IMG/VR virus record: IMGVR_UViG_2778261418_000014 | Coordinates: 1 to 47,069 of that record | DNA from: a virus | Taxonomy: Duplodnaviria; Heunggongvirae; Uroviricota; Caudoviricetes | Strand: one strand, 5' to 3' | DNA: 47,069 nt | Translations under genes and position numbers: made by a program | The notes under the pieces: model-generated | Database searches by the model: none | The model's input: the letters and a program-made list of their open reading frames with translations, nothing else | What the model was told of the DNA's origin: nothing | Shown here: positions 20,209 to 30,100 of the stretch, one piece after another | How the letters are laid out: each line of letters starts with the position of its first letter | Numbering within the stretch: the stretch's first letter is position 1

Positions 20209-20225
20209 CCATTAACGCGTAAATG

Positions 20226-20242
20226 ATTGCTCTAATTCTTTG
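20226..20242 (+). promoter_or_regulatory. C1 operator upstream of cra
   Basis: ATTGCTCTAATTCTTTG. Confidence 0.6.
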
Positions 20243-20258
20243 ATATTTATGGTGGCAT

Positions 20259-20570
20259 ATGAGAAAGGATTTCAACATCGACGGAAAATATGTAGTGCTG
20301 TCTGTAAGCACTAATATTCTGTCACCATCTGTCATTGTCACCGTAAAGTTGAGCGATAGGATGCCTGATATCGACTCGATATCTGTTGCGTTCCCCGTTA
20401 AAAGCATGCGGAGTGCTGAACATTTTGTGATGAATGCAACGGAGGAGGAAGCGCGGCGCGGGCTTACTAGAGTGATGGGGGAATTTGGCGAACTCCTGGG
20501 TAAGGTAAACAATGCCCTTTCAATCAGTTCAGCAAGGTCCAAAGCGTTAACAGCTTCCATGATGAAATAA
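20259..20570 (+). CDS. cra: Cra-like protein (cre-associated)
   Basis: 103-aa ORF at the P1 cra position, downstream of a C1 operator. Confidence 0.55.
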   Translation: MRKDFNIDGKYVVLSVSTNILSPSVIVTVKLSDRMPDIDSISVAFPVKSMRSAEHFVMNATEEEARRGLTRVMGEFGELLGKVNNALSISSARSKALTASMMK

Positions 20571-20575
20571 AAAAA

Positions 20576-20596
20576 AGCCTGGCAAGGAGCCAGGCT
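20576..20596 (-). terminator. Hairpin with the U-tract on the minus strand
   Basis: agcctggc-aagga-gccaggct preceded on the plus strand by an A-run. It would terminate leftward transcription entering cra/cre. Confidence 0.3.
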
Positions 20597-20702
20597 GCAC
20601 AAAAGAGCGGGTTTGTATTCCGCATCCAATCAATCAAGAAGGAGTATAGCACACAGGTACTGAAGTGAAAAAATGTGATTCGCGATAAACAAAATATCTG
20701 CC

Positions 20703-20719
20703 ATTGCTCTAATTGATTG
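20703..20719 (+). promoter_or_regulatory. C1 operator overlapping the ref promoter
   Basis: ATTGCTCTAATTGATTG followed by a TATAAT -10 box at 20721-20726. Confidence 0.65.
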
Positions 20720-20786
20720 CTATAATTTAGCCGCAGTTTTTGTCAACTACGAAGACGTTGCCATTACTTCACTCCTTGACATCATT

Positions 20787-20812
20787 GGCGGCCATTAGGC
20801 CGCCTTTTTTTT
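20787..20812 (+). terminator. Intrinsic-terminator-like leader hairpin 6 nt upstream of the ref start codon
   Basis: ggcggcc-atta-ggccgcc followed by T8. Confidence 0.5.
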
Positions 20813-20817
20813 GCCAT

Positions 20818-21378
20818 ATGAAAACAATCGAACAAAAACTTGAACAGCGCCGCGAGTGGCAGAAGGCAGCCAGAGAACGAGCGATCGCTCGGCAACGGGA
20901 AAAGTTGGCTGACCCCGCCTGGCGAGAATCGCAATATCAGAAAATGCGGGATTCTATCGACCGCCGTATCGCTAAACAGAAAGAGCGCCCACCAGCCAGC
21001 AAAACGCGGAAAAGTGCGGTAAAAATAAAATCTCGTGGCTTGAAGGGGCGAACACCGACGGCGGAGGAACGGACCATCGCCAATGCTCTTGGCACTCTCC
21101 CCTGCATTGCCTGCTACATGCATGGAGTAATATCTGAAGAGGTGTCTCTGCACCATATCTCCGGTCGTACCGCGCCGGGTTGTCACAAAAAGCAATTGCC
21201 CCTTTGCAGATGGCACCACCAGCATGCAGCACCGGCTGAAGTAAGAGAAAAATACCCTTGGCTGGTCCCTGTTCATGCAGATGGCGTGGTAGGAGGCAAG
21301 AAAGAATTCACCTTGTTGAACAAGTCAGAGATGGAGTTGCTGGCTGACGCCTATGAAATGGCAAACATCATGCACTAA
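20818..21378 (+). CDS. ref: Ref, recombination enhancement function (HNH endonuclease)
   Basis: 186 aa from MKTIEQKLEQRREWQKAARERA, with a Cys/His-rich HNH-like C-terminus (CIACYMHGV...HHISGRTAPGCHKKQLPLCRWHHQHAAP). The track ORF begins earlier at TTG 20740. Confidence 0.85.
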   Translation: MKTIEQKLEQRREWQKAARERAIARQREKLADPAWRESQYQKMRDSIDRRIAKQKERPPASKTRKSAVKIKSRGLKGRTPTAEERTIANALGTLPCIACYMHGVISEEVSLHHISGRTAPGCHKKQLPLCRWHHQHAAPAEVREKYPWLVPVHADGVVGGKKEFTLLNKSEMELLADAYEMANIMH

Positions 21379-21406
21379 TAAATATATTATTTTTAATCTT
21401 AAATGA

Positions 21407-21431
21407 TTGACAACTGACAAGTGACTTGAGT
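21407..21431 (+). promoter_or_regulatory. Promoter-like element with conserved ACAAGTGACT motif upstream of mat
   Basis: TTGACA (21407-21412) followed by ACAAGTGACTTGAGT. The same 10-mer recurs upstream of prt, and a shorter ACAAGTGA version upstream of lyz. Confidence 0.35.
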
Positions 21432-21566
21432 CAGAATCATCACACGCCCGGTACGGATGGATCCCTTTTCAAATATTCCATGGACGGCACAGTCTGAGTA
21501 CCGGGCGCTACCTTCAGTTGTATTGCTAAGCCGCCGCTGGTGGCTTTTCTTTTTTGTAGGGGCGCT

Positions 21567-22208
21567 ATGGATAAGAAAATATGCGTTGTTTCAATGAGCG
21601 TCGGCAAACCGGCGTCAATGACTGCTGCATGGATCAACAATGAGCTGATAATGGCTGAGCGGACCAGCTACCCTGAACGCCGCCGCGATATGGAACTCCA
21701 GCTGCTGCGCGAATTGCGAGAAAAAGAGGAAAAGGGTTTTATCGTGCTGGTGGAAGAGGAAAACAGCTTTATTACCGGTCGAGTTGGCCAGCGTGTAAGG
21801 TTGCGTGATCCCTTCATGAACGGCAGACCGGTACTGATTGAAGCAATGCAGATTTACAAGGAATTGGAACGCCAGAAAGCGATCAAGTTACCGCGCAAGG
21901 AATCCGGCAAATACATCCTTCACCAAAGCATCTTCGATTCCGAACACGATAAAAAAGGCGATGAATTTTTCAACATCAACTGGAGCGAAATAACGACAGA
22001 ACATGTTCTGACGTTACTATGTTGCTTTGCGACGGAATACAACAACGTTGCCAGCGCCGACTACATCAGGGCAATGGCTGGAGAAGTTGAGGCCCATCAG
22101 GAACCATCATTACTAAGTCCCCTGATTAACATAATTCGCGGAACTCAAACACTAACGCAAAAACAAGTGCCGCAAGGAGAATTAACAGGTAAACAGAACT
22201 ATTTATAA
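21567..22208 (+). CDS. mat: Mat-like maturation control protein
   Basis: ORF at the P1 mat position. ATG at 21567 with GTAGGGG SD (track ORF starts at 21540). Confidence 0.55.
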   Translation: MDKKICVVSMSVGKPASMTAAWINNELIMAERTSYPERRRDMELQLLRELREKEEKGFIVLVEEENSFITGRVGQRVRLRDPFMNGRPVLIEAMQIYKELERQKAIKLPRKESGKYILHQSIFDSEHDKKGDEFFNINWSEITTEHVLTLLCCFATEYNNVASADYIRAMAGEVEAHQEPSLLSPLINIIRGTQTLTQKQVPQGELTGKQNYL

Positions 22209-22228
22209 TAGTTACGTTAGGTAACATT

Positions 22229-22255
22229 ATGGGTATGTTTCATTTTCATACCCAT
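22229..22255 (+). terminator. Hairpin after mat
   Basis: atgggtatg-tttcatttt-catacccat followed by tgatttct. Confidence 0.4.
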
Positions 22256-22283
22256 TGATTTCTAGCTTGATTTGTTATTATAT
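22255..22283 (+). promoter_or_regulatory. Sigma70-like promoter for the toxSAS-like gene
   Basis: TTGATT (22255-22260), 17-bp spacer, TTATAT (22278-22283). Confidence 0.4.
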
Positions 22284-22320
22284 GTAACAACACATTAATC
22301 ATTTGAACTGGATGTTAGTA

Positions 22321-23442
22321 ATGGGCAGTGAAGTATATCAAAGCCAAAAATGCGAACTTAAATATTCGAAATCTCAAATAGAAAAAGCAGCCAGAAAAAT
22401 TAGACATGGTTGTGAGGGCGCAGAGCGAGAAGAAGCAATTAAAATGATTCAAAATTTCCGCGAGCTTCATTTATATCCATTGATGCTAATGAAAAATCAT
22501 CTTGATAGGGCTGCAAAAAAAGTTGATAAAGAGAATAAGATTATTGTTGCAAGACGCCTAAAAAGACTTAGCACAATAATTGATAAACTGGAGCGTCCAA
22601 GTCTTGACGGCGGCGCAACAAATAATGCAATAGCCCTTACTAGAATGCAGGATATTGGCGGATGTAGAGCTATAGTTAGAAACATCGAACAACTAAAGAA
22701 ACTAAAAGACCGACTAGTTAAAAGTCGCTCCAAGCATAAAATCTTAAAGGAATATGACTATTTAACTCCAAAGCCAAGCGGATATAGTGGCATTCACCTT
22801 GCATATAGTTGTTTTGATGAAGAAAACGGTAACAATCCGTGGAGTAAAACTAAAATCGAAGTACAACTAAGAACAGAACTCCAACATGCTTGGGCAACAA
22901 GTCTGGAGATAATAGATACACTTGAAAATATTAAGCTGAAAACTTCTAATGAAGGTCACCCTGAGTGGAGAAGATTTTTTTATCTTTCTGGATGCCTAGT
23001 TGCTCATGATGAAGGTGCCTGTATTCTTGATGATGAAACCATCAAAAATTATCAAACAGAGCTTAAAACATTGGAGGAGGCTTTATCTGTTCGCTCAAAA
23101 TTAAGTACATATACATTTGCAATGAAGCTGACATCAGATGCAAACCTAAAGAAAAGCCTGCCCAAAAACCATAATGGATTCTTTTTGGTGAGGATGAGAA
23201 ACGCCATAACAAAAAATGGCAAGGATACTGGAAAGTTTCTTGTTTCTGTGAAACCTTTTAGGAAAAAAGAATCGGAACAAGCCCTCCAGGAACTTAATAA
23301 GGATGATGCGGATCCTGAAGTATTAATTGCGGTGCTGCTTGCCACTAACAACATTAAATCTCTTAAAAAGGCTTATCCTAACTATTTTGGGTCAACAAAT
23401 CAGTTCGGGAGATTCCTTAGCAGACACATTGATACTGTGTAA
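22321..23442 (+). CDS. RelA/SpoT-family small alarmone synthetase-like toxin with C-terminal extension (CapRel-type fused toxin-antitoxin candidate)
   Basis: 373 codons from ATG 22321 (track ORF from TTG 22303). Synthetase-fold motifs are MQDIGGCRAIV, PSGYSGIHLAY and EVQLRTELQHAWATSLE, followed by a roughly 170-aa Lys-rich C-terminal domain. The gene is AT-rich relative to its flanks and sits where P1 carries res/mod. Confidence 0.7.
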   Translation: MGSEVYQSQKCELKYSKSQIEKAARKIRHGCEGAEREEAIKMIQNFRELHLYPLMLMKNHLDRAAKKVDKENKIIVARRLKRLSTIIDKLERPSLDGGATNNAIALTRMQDIGGCRAIVRNIEQLKKLKDRLVKSRSKHKILKEYDYLTPKPSGYSGIHLAYSCFDEENGNNPWSKTKIEVQLRTELQHAWATSLEIIDTLENIKLKTSNEGHPEWRRFFYLSGCLVAHDEGACILDDETIKNYQTELKTLEEALSVRSKLSTYTFAMKLTSDANLKKSLPKNHNGFFLVRMRNAITKNGKDTGKFLVSVKPFRKKESEQALQELNKDDADPEVLIAVLLATNNIKSLKKAYPNYFGSTNQFGRFLSRHIDTV

Positions 23443-23446
23443 ATTC

Positions 23447-23471
23447 CTATGCCTGGCTTAGCCAGGCATAG
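23447..23471. terminator. Bidirectional terminator hairpin between the convergent toxSAS-like gene and lxc
   Basis: ctatgcctggc-tta-gccaggcatag. Confidence 0.5.
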
Positions 23472-23479
23472 CCAAAGAT

Positions 23480-23728
23480 TTAATCAGCATTCAGGAGCAA
23501 TGCGTTATCTATGATGATCTGCTCCCATTCTTCGAATGCCCGGTCGCGGACGCCCTGGGGAACGCTGTTAGTTTTGAAATCGACGACCGTACGCCATTTC
23601 CCGTCCGGACGGTACATGCGCAGAGCTTTACTTCCCCCTTCCCTGCGCACCTCAACGTTATGCTTATCAGCAAACTCTTGTAATGCTCGTAGCGTCCCAT
23701 GCTTTACTGTGTAGTATCGCTTTTTCAA
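23480..23728 (-). CDS. lxc: Lxc/Bof-like C1 co-regulator
   Basis: 82-aa ORF, 4-bp overlap with the upstream gene. Size and position match P1 lxc (bof). Confidence 0.5.
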   Translation of the reverse strand: MKKRYYTVKHGTLRALQEFADKHNVEVRREGGSKALRMYRPDGKWRTVVDFKTNSVPQGVRDRAFEEWEQIIIDNALLLNAD

Positions 23729-24165
23729 GTTTTCTCTCCAGCCTGTGCCAAGGCTTCAACTTCCAAATCGTAAGACTCAAACTCATAGTCCTGGTCGTCA
23801 ACTTCTTCAGGCACTGGCAGTAAATGCCAGGCTGAGTATATCTGACCATTATCAAAACGCTCCTGGCTGTAGAGCGTCGCGGCTATGAGTGTTAGCGCCG
23901 GGCGGTCATAACGGTAAATTTTGCGAACGTCACGGTCAACGAGACGACCGAAATTACCATAACCGCGCTCCAGTAATAATTTTTTAATTTCCGGCCAGTA
24001 TGGACCATAGCTGCGGTACAGGCGGGGATTTTTCAGTAATCGCCCGCGTAGCCCTGACAGGAAGAAATCAACGTATTCGTCTTCTGTCTTTCCTAACAAC
24101 GCTGTACGGAGTACCGCCTCAAGATATGTTTTATTCGGTTTTATTGTATCAGATAGTGTGGCCAT
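23725..24165 (-). CDS. ulx: Ulx-like protein
   Basis: 146-aa ORF between darB and lxc on the same strand. Confidence 0.45.
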   Translation of the reverse strand: MATLSDTIKPNKTYLEAVLRTALLGKTEDEYVDFFLSGLRGRLLKNPRLYRSYGPYWPEIKKLLLERGYGNFGRLVDRDVRKIYRYDRPALTLIAATLYSQERFDNGQIYSAWHLLPVPEEVDDQDYEFESYDLEVEALAQAGEKT

Positions 24166-24198
24166 ATTATGCGACGCCCGGCGAACCGGGCGCTCCTG

Positions 24199-27100
24199 TT
24201 ATGCGTATTGTTGGATGACGGCCAGAACGTCCGCCACGTTGTGTTTTGTCTCGATAATCCACCAGTTACCCGGGAAATCGCTGTTCTTCGCCTTCGCTGG
24301 CAGCCAGCGAGCGCCGAATTTCGCCTTGATTGCGTCTTTCGCACGGAAAAGAACGCCTTTCATGCCTGAGGCTTCCTGAAGCCCAAATACCTCGCCAGCG
24401 GCGAATTTTGGTGCGTACATCATCTTCAGGTCGGCGGTGGATACGCGATAATTCAGACCAAGAGACTGAGCTATGCTGGTGGCATCACCCTGTATTGATG
24501 ATAACTCTTCTTGTTTCTCGTTTCTGGCGGCAATCTCTTCCTCCGTGATGTTGCCAAGGGCCAGGTTTATCCGATCAGCGTCGGCCTGTTTCTCTTCATC
24601 GGTGCGCCCGGCAAGAACCGTGTTAATTCTCTGCAATATCTCCACATGATTCTTGCGCATGCTGAGCAATTCCGGCGTAACCTCGTTAAGATCCACCAGC
24701 CCAAGGATGGCAAGGTCGGAAAACATTGATACCAGGTTGTAGGTCATGCGATAGCTGAGTTGACCATAGGCTGATGGCAACTTCACCGCATCCATTTGAT
24801 AGGCATCCATAAATTTAGAGCCGTCGTTTACGACATCCGCTATTGCAGGTGTGATTTTCCCTGTGGTGGCGGCCTCCCTGATTGCTGTTACCCACGATTG
24901 AGTCAGCGCGGCGACTGCATGATTCAGATTGGCTTCCCGTTCTGCTGCGATGCGCGCGCTTGCTGCGTCCATTGCCTGCTTGATCTCGGCTTTATTGCTG
25001 TAAATGCCAATGGTGCCAAACTGTGCTGTGGTGATCTCATAATCTGACGCCCGGAACTCATTGGTACCGAAAATGGCATTGGTGACTTCAAGTTCAGAAT
25101 CCCCGTTACGAGTAGCCCCCTGGCTTGTTTTCTCCGGCATTCTGGCGATCGCATCCGCTATTTTCTCCTGAAGTGCTTCAGGGGATAGCGTATCTCCGTA
25201 TGACGCGATTACATCGCCATAATTGGAGCCAAACAGTTCAACCAGGAATGCTTCTGCCGAACGGATCTGGCGGTTATTCCCTTCCGACATCATACCAAGC
25301 ACCCATTTTGCAATTGACGACTTCAGCGCGCCGTCACGGCGATCCGGGTAAACCGCATGCTTCAGTGGGTCCGTATAGGTACCAACAAAATCAATGCTAT
25401 AGCCTGACTCTGTAGTCTGAACGCCGTATGAGTCAGTGATTTTGATCATGCCGCGCTGCTGGAAACGGTAGAAATCGTCACAGGAAACGATGTCGTTAAT
25501 CCCGGCGATGGAGACGCCACCACTGATTTTCTGCATAACAGCATCTTCATCGGGAGTTACATCAACCTGTTTATCCAGCGTCTTCACATCCCAGTTACCC
25601 GATTTGGTGCCTTTGAAGGTAAAGATGATCTCCACGTCTGCGCGCTGGCTGTCGAAGTCCAGCGACTTAATGCGAACGATATCACCGGCACAATCATAGT
25701 ATTGGCCTACACGCCATGAGCGATCGCCGATAACAAGGAACTCATTCGCATGGTTAACCAGATCAGGATCAACATCCAGAATGCCTTTATTTATTGCATC
25801 CTCCACCAGCGGGCGCAGGCGTTTGATATCCGTCGCGGCCTTCTGAGTACGGTTCAATAATTTCTCATAGCGGGAGATGGCCTGAGAGATATTAGCCTTG
25901 CGCTGAATGGCGCTTTTCAACGACGCGCGATACTGTGCTAACAACATACGGTCTGTGTGATGGACGCTACCCCAGCGGGCTTTCCAGTCTGCGTTATCAG
26001 CTGCTTTGGCCATTACCGCCTGTTTGAATTTGGCGACGTCGGCGGTGGTCTTTTCAAGTTCCGCTTTGCTTCGCTCCAATTCAGCGGTAAGTACCTCCAC
26101 ATCCTCACCAGCTGCGTGCTGCGCCTTGATGTAGTTCTGAAGGTCGATAGTAGCCTGTTCTTTCTGGCGAGCGCGTTTCGCAGCTTTCGCCTTATCCATT
26201 TGAACCTGCATCATTGCCAGACGTTCGCCGTCATCCTTCGCGGTATACATCTGCATTTCGATCATATCGTTGGCGTCGGCGTTCTCCATTTCTGACTTAT
26301 CTGAACGGAGGATATCGGAGATCCAGCCTGCTTTACGCTTCAGCGTCTTCAGTCGGTATTCATCGAAAGACCCCTTGCCGCAGTAGTAGTGAACGCGAAC
26401 GCTTGCACGGTTGGAGCCAACTCGGGCACCGCGACCGTTTCGTTGCGCAATACTGGCTGGAGTCCATGGCAACGTCAGATGATGGATGTCAGTCGTTCCT
26501 CGATGCAGGTTGATACCCACCTCTGCCTTTTTGTTGCAGATGATGATCGGAGTCCGGCCCTCCTGGAAGTCGGCTGCAATCTTTTCCAGACCGCCCAACG
26601 ACATTTCATTTTGCTGCGCGATATAGGCGTCATACAGAGCCATTTGCTCGTTGTATTTCGCTATCTGTGCATCTGTTGGTTCATCCGGTAACTCTTTCGG
26701 CGGTTTAACCGCTTTCAGTTTCTTACCGGTTTTACCTGCCTCGGCAACCGTCTGAGCATTCAGTATCCCCACCTTTGAAGGTTCAAGGTTAAGAGCATTG
26801 CAGATAATGCGCTTGAGCTTCTGGTGCTGCGTTTTTTCATCGGTGAAGATGATTTGCTTACCTTCCGGGAAAAACTCCTTCAGCGTGGCAATCAGCTTCG
26901 CGTATTTGGGCGTAACGGGGTGAGTTACGGTCTGTTCGTCAATGCCAAACCTGGCCAGGCGCTTATTCACTTCCTGCTCGAACGCTTCCGGAACCTGCAA
27001 CTGAATAAACTCGCCCTTATCTATCAGGGAGTATTGCGATTGCTGCGTGATTGAATCATCACTGTCGTCGTCTTCGCTGGTGGCTTGTTTAGGCAAACTG

Positions 27101-30100
27101 TCCGCCAGCTGCTGCACCGCATCGGCGTACTCCGGCAGGAAACGATAGGTGATCCGGCGATAGTACAGGTCCATGTCAGTACATACGCGGTCCATATCCC
27201 TGATTATTGAGAAGATCGGACGGGCTTTCTCGTGCTCAATCACGCCGTCTTCATTGACCGAGGTCGTTACGCCATTGTTGGCTTTGGCCGCCGCTTCCGC
27301 CTGCTGACGCAATTCTTCATACGCCGCCAGTTGTTCTTCAGTAAGTGGTGCATCCTGCTGGTGTTCGTCCAGCTCCGGGATCTCCACGGTATCCTTAACG
27401 TCTTCCGCCGTTTTAAGCGTTACCCAGCGATGGAATATACCGCGCAGCGCATCAAGGTTTTCAAAGCCCACCAGCGCCATTTTTTCTTCAACTTCACCGC
27501 TAATTTTCTGTACCGTTTCCAGCCTGGTCTTGCCGAAGAATTTAACGAAGTCATCAGGACCGTAGATCCCCATGTTCTGCCAGTATTCCTTCGGCAGAAC
27601 ATGAGAAAGCATGTTGTATGCATCGATCGGGGTGTTAACGACTGGCGTTGCAGTCAGGAGAACCGGCCCGCGCCCACCATTCTTTTTCATCAGGTACGCG
27701 TTTTTAATTGCCATATCTCGCGCCGATTGCGCTACCGCGCTGGTGGGCAGATAGGCTAGCTGTGACGCTTCGCGACCATTTTTATAGCTATTGCGGTAGT
27801 TGTGGCCTTCGTCGGCGATCACACTATCGAAGCCCATATCCTCAAAGTACGGATACTTCTCTGCTTTTTCGGTGCCGGTATCTGAATACTCCGACAATAC
27901 CCGGCGACGCGCGGCCTCTTTGCGGTGGGAGTCGGAGTCCATTGCGCTGGCTACGCGTCCGGCGGCAACGAAGTCATAAAGCATATCCTGTGCATGCTCA
28001 TCTACGGTGTCATCACGTAGCGGAATGCGGGCGTATTGTTCTTTGGTAAACACGACTGCACGGTAATTTGAGTGCGGGATCGCGTTCATCCGCGCCGTGA
28101 TAGTGGCTTCATCTGCCAGCTTAAGAGCATCGCGCATAACTGGAGTGCCATCAGTACCAAGAACAGGTTTACCGTTCTCATCGAGCACCTGCACCTGGCG
28201 AATCTGATCGCCATCCATCAGCACATCAAGACCGACGAACAGGTAGTTACTGAATGCCTCTTCACTCAGGAATTCTTTTGCTTCGTAATACCAGTTTTCC
28301 AGCACTGATTTAGGCACTACATACGCAGTACGGGTGGAGCGACCGTTCTCATAGTTGAACGCCTCAAGCGCCAGCGCGGTCGTGGTTTTACCCAGCCCGG
28401 TGCCGAAGCCCAGGATGCCGCGCCCATCTTCGGACAGTCGGCGCACCTCGCTATTCTGGTAATCAAATGGCTGGCGCTTACCGCTTAATCCCTTCAACCC
28501 AAGCGGATCGCCAGAGTGTTCATACGGGATATTGCTATTGAACACATCGTTGTATTTAGCAACCAGCTCATCGTAGCGATCGTGCGTCTTGATCCACTTA
28601 TTGAACTGGTCCTCAAGCAGTGCCATCTGCTCGCGGTAGCCGTTCGCCGTCGCGCTATCTTTGCCACCGATACGCGCACCATTGAGATACTTTTCCAGCT
28701 GTGCCGGGAACCCGGTCGCGTTTTCACCTGATTTACGGTCCCACTCGTAGCGGATCTCGCCTGTTTCTTTATCCTTACGCTGGACGACACCGTATCGGTG
28801 CCCGACGAACAGGCCATCACCACCGTGATAGGTGTCAGAAACCATTTCGTCGCCTTCCAGCTGCACTGACTGCACATAGCGCAGATCCGGATAGCCGTTT
28901 TCCTGCAAAAACTCCAGAATGACGGAACGGTCGAACCAACGGCTATTGAGCTTAAAGCGGATATTCTCTGCTGGCGTCTTGATGCGCTTCTCTTCGATCG
29001 CTGCCAGCTGATTAAGGACGTTGTTCTTTACTGGACCGTCGGGGAGCGTGGCGAGGAATTCCTGTTTTGGAGCCACTATCTCGTTAATGTCGCCGCTGGT
29101 GGCGCGGGCGAACGGAACAATCCCGCCATACGGTGAAACCGCAATGCCAGGGGTGCTGGCCAATAAATTAAGCAACTCGTCATCACTGGCTGGCAGTTCG
29201 CCGGTAAACGCAAGGCGGAAATCATCGAGCTGGATTGGATCGCGAGTGAGATCACTGTAGAGATAACGCAGGGTGTCCTGATAGCTGGTGGAGTCATAAC
29301 TGGCGCTGGAATCATGCGTAACCAGTTTTCCTGTCAGCTCGTCAGAAATAGTGCCATCCAGCTTAATTGCACCACGGAAAGCAAACCAGGCGCGCGCACC
29401 GCTCCCCGATAATTTCGCTATCGGACCGCGACCGGGGTTACCAAAACGGTCAATCTCTGCCTGCAAACGGGATACCAGAGAAAGGCGCTGCTGTTCGATT
29501 TGTTCAGCACTATGCCCGGCGGCCTTCATGTCCTGATATTCAATTAACATCCGGCCAATCATCGCCCCGCGATACAAGCGTTCACGGTATTTTTCAGGCT
29601 GGCTGTTAATCCAGTCCACCAGCTGCACCATATCGTCGCTGATTGATGTGGTGTACTTATCGCGGACATTTGCCATCTGGGTAAATGTCATGCCGAGACG
29701 GCCTTCTGTTGTAGTCAGGTTACGCTGAAGAGCCTCCCAGCTATCCGCGCCATAACTGGCAGCATCGATCTTAAGTTCCTTCCCTGCATCAGCTTCAATC
29801 CAGCGACCACCAGCATATTTTTGCCATACGCCATTAATCAGGCGCATTTCCCCTTCACCAACAACGTCTGCGGTCGGTGACGGTTCAGCCATATCGAGCA
29901 AAGACCAGTCGATACGGCTTTCGAAACGATGAATCAGCTTCGCTTTAAGAGCCTGGTTATCAATCTGACCGTCGGCACGAACCTCAATACGCCCCTGGAA
30001 GCCCTTTTCCTGGGTGCCATGAACAAACCGGCGGCCGTCCTTTTCAAACCACTTGCCAGAAATAAACGTTGGCCAAAGCACATTTGCCGATTCGAGAGTG

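Noticed and set aside
20138-20629. 163-aa minus-strand ORF overlapping the cre 3' end and cra
   Set aside because: Overlaps two well-supported plus-strand genes and a C1 operator; likely spurious.
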